Source of the DNA: Rhina ancylostomus
Taxonomy: Eukaryota
Direction of reading: 5' to 3'
Assembly: GCA_030265395.1 (NCBI GenBank)
Contig: JARFYF010000017.1
Span: 26,260,856 to 26,324,855, forward strand
Length of the DNA: 64,000 bases
The position numbers and the translations under genes are program-made. Under the pieces are notes generated by a model. That model saw only the letters and a program-made list of their open reading frames with translations. It was not told where the DNA came from and did not search any database. How positions within the stretch are numbered: the stretch's first letter is position 1; each line of letters opens with the position of its first letter. Positions 62,881-64,000 of this stretch are shown one piece after another.

Positions 62881-64000
62881 TTGTAACATGGTAGCCAACT
62901 ACTGTTATCACACTGTAGGACTGGTTTCTATTTTTTTGTCAGTTCCAAGGTTGTTAACCTTAGAAATAAATCTGCAAGGGTACACAGCCAGCCTGAAATA
63001 CAACCAGAATAAACAGTGTAAAGTGGCTAAGATGGATTAGTCTCAAGAATCTAGTGTTAGGGGTCAAACCAAATGGGGATCCTCCAAAGTCAAGAGTTCA
63101 ATTTTAAAACCTGGAGCAAGGCATCAAGTTTTTTTTTGAGCTTTCTTTCATTTTTCCTCTTTTAGTTTTTGTCTGCTGATCTTGCTTCATTACTGGCTCA
63201 CAAGTTCACATTCTTTTAAATTTCACCTGTCAAGGTTCCAGAGCAGCCTTTTGACTATCTGGGACACAATTCAGAATTTGTTAATGTAAGCATGATGTGC
63301 AAATGTGCCATACTGTGCCATTATTTCATAATTAATCCTGAACAGAACCAGATGTAAACAATGTAGCTCAAAGGCATTCAGAATTTTAGGCGGTAGAAAA
63401 TCAACAAAGAAGAAATTATAATATTAACATGACACTAAATTTTAAAAATAAATGGGGGTTAAAAAGCCCCAGAAAACATGCACTAGAATCACAATTCATA
63501 ATTAATCTGCACCCATTTGACAGAAACCCCATGTTACTCATCATCATGATCTCAGTGGCAAGTCAGCACTAATATAACATTTATTGCCCCAGCGCATCAC
63601 TTGGGGACCTAGTGCCAGTTCTACATGGCAGGTGCTGATTAGAGTTCACCTGCACTTCCTGTAGGGGAGGTGCAACTAGTGATGAAGTCACTCCAGGGCC
63701 TCAACAACTTGCAGGCTGTTGAGGCTGTATGCAGGGAGCATCACATTTCTGAGGTGCAGGAAAGGAGATCTTGGTAAATGAGATGGAGAGGATGAGGAAG
63801 AAATACCACCCACTGGGTCCTCCATCCAGAGCCCTCCAGACAGACACCAACCAGGCACTAGAAGGAGGCAGCTGTCAACATCAATGTCATCAGTGAGCGG
63901 ACAATGCTAGTGAATATATTATCAGATGCCTTCTTTTGTCAACTTTACACTGTTGAAAGCATTGAAATCCCTTATTTACCTACTTTCACTGGATTTAGCC

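Noticed and set aside
1-64000. ORF-track entries as host genes
   Set aside because: They are short, often start at non-ATG codons, overlap on both strands or span N gaps. The only recognisable peptides are retroelement remnants.

Overview
This is eukaryotic, AT-rich, CpG-poor, gapped (7 N-runs) genomic DNA. The repeat content (HE1/V-SINEs, Deu-domain SINEs, CR1/HER1-type LINEs, Tx1, Rex1/Babar, L2, Penelope) points to a cartilaginous fish. Repeat names come from recalled family consensus features, not a database search. I found no intact protein-coding gene. The only recognisable protein fragments are decayed retrotransposon ORFs, plus one weak exon candidate beside a gap at 39.4 kb. The window reads as a large intron or gene desert with repeat-poor, motif-dense islands that may be conserved enhancers. 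The most notable structure is a family of about 12 short Penelope-terminus-derived repeats, most carrying a decayed minimal hammerhead-ribozyme core (CTGATGA-stem-GAAA). Four copies are fold-back elements of 170-310 bp with a one-sided ~35-40 nt tail. One has a perfect 15-bp target-site duplication, which suggests a non-autonomous retroelement mobilised by Penelope machinery.
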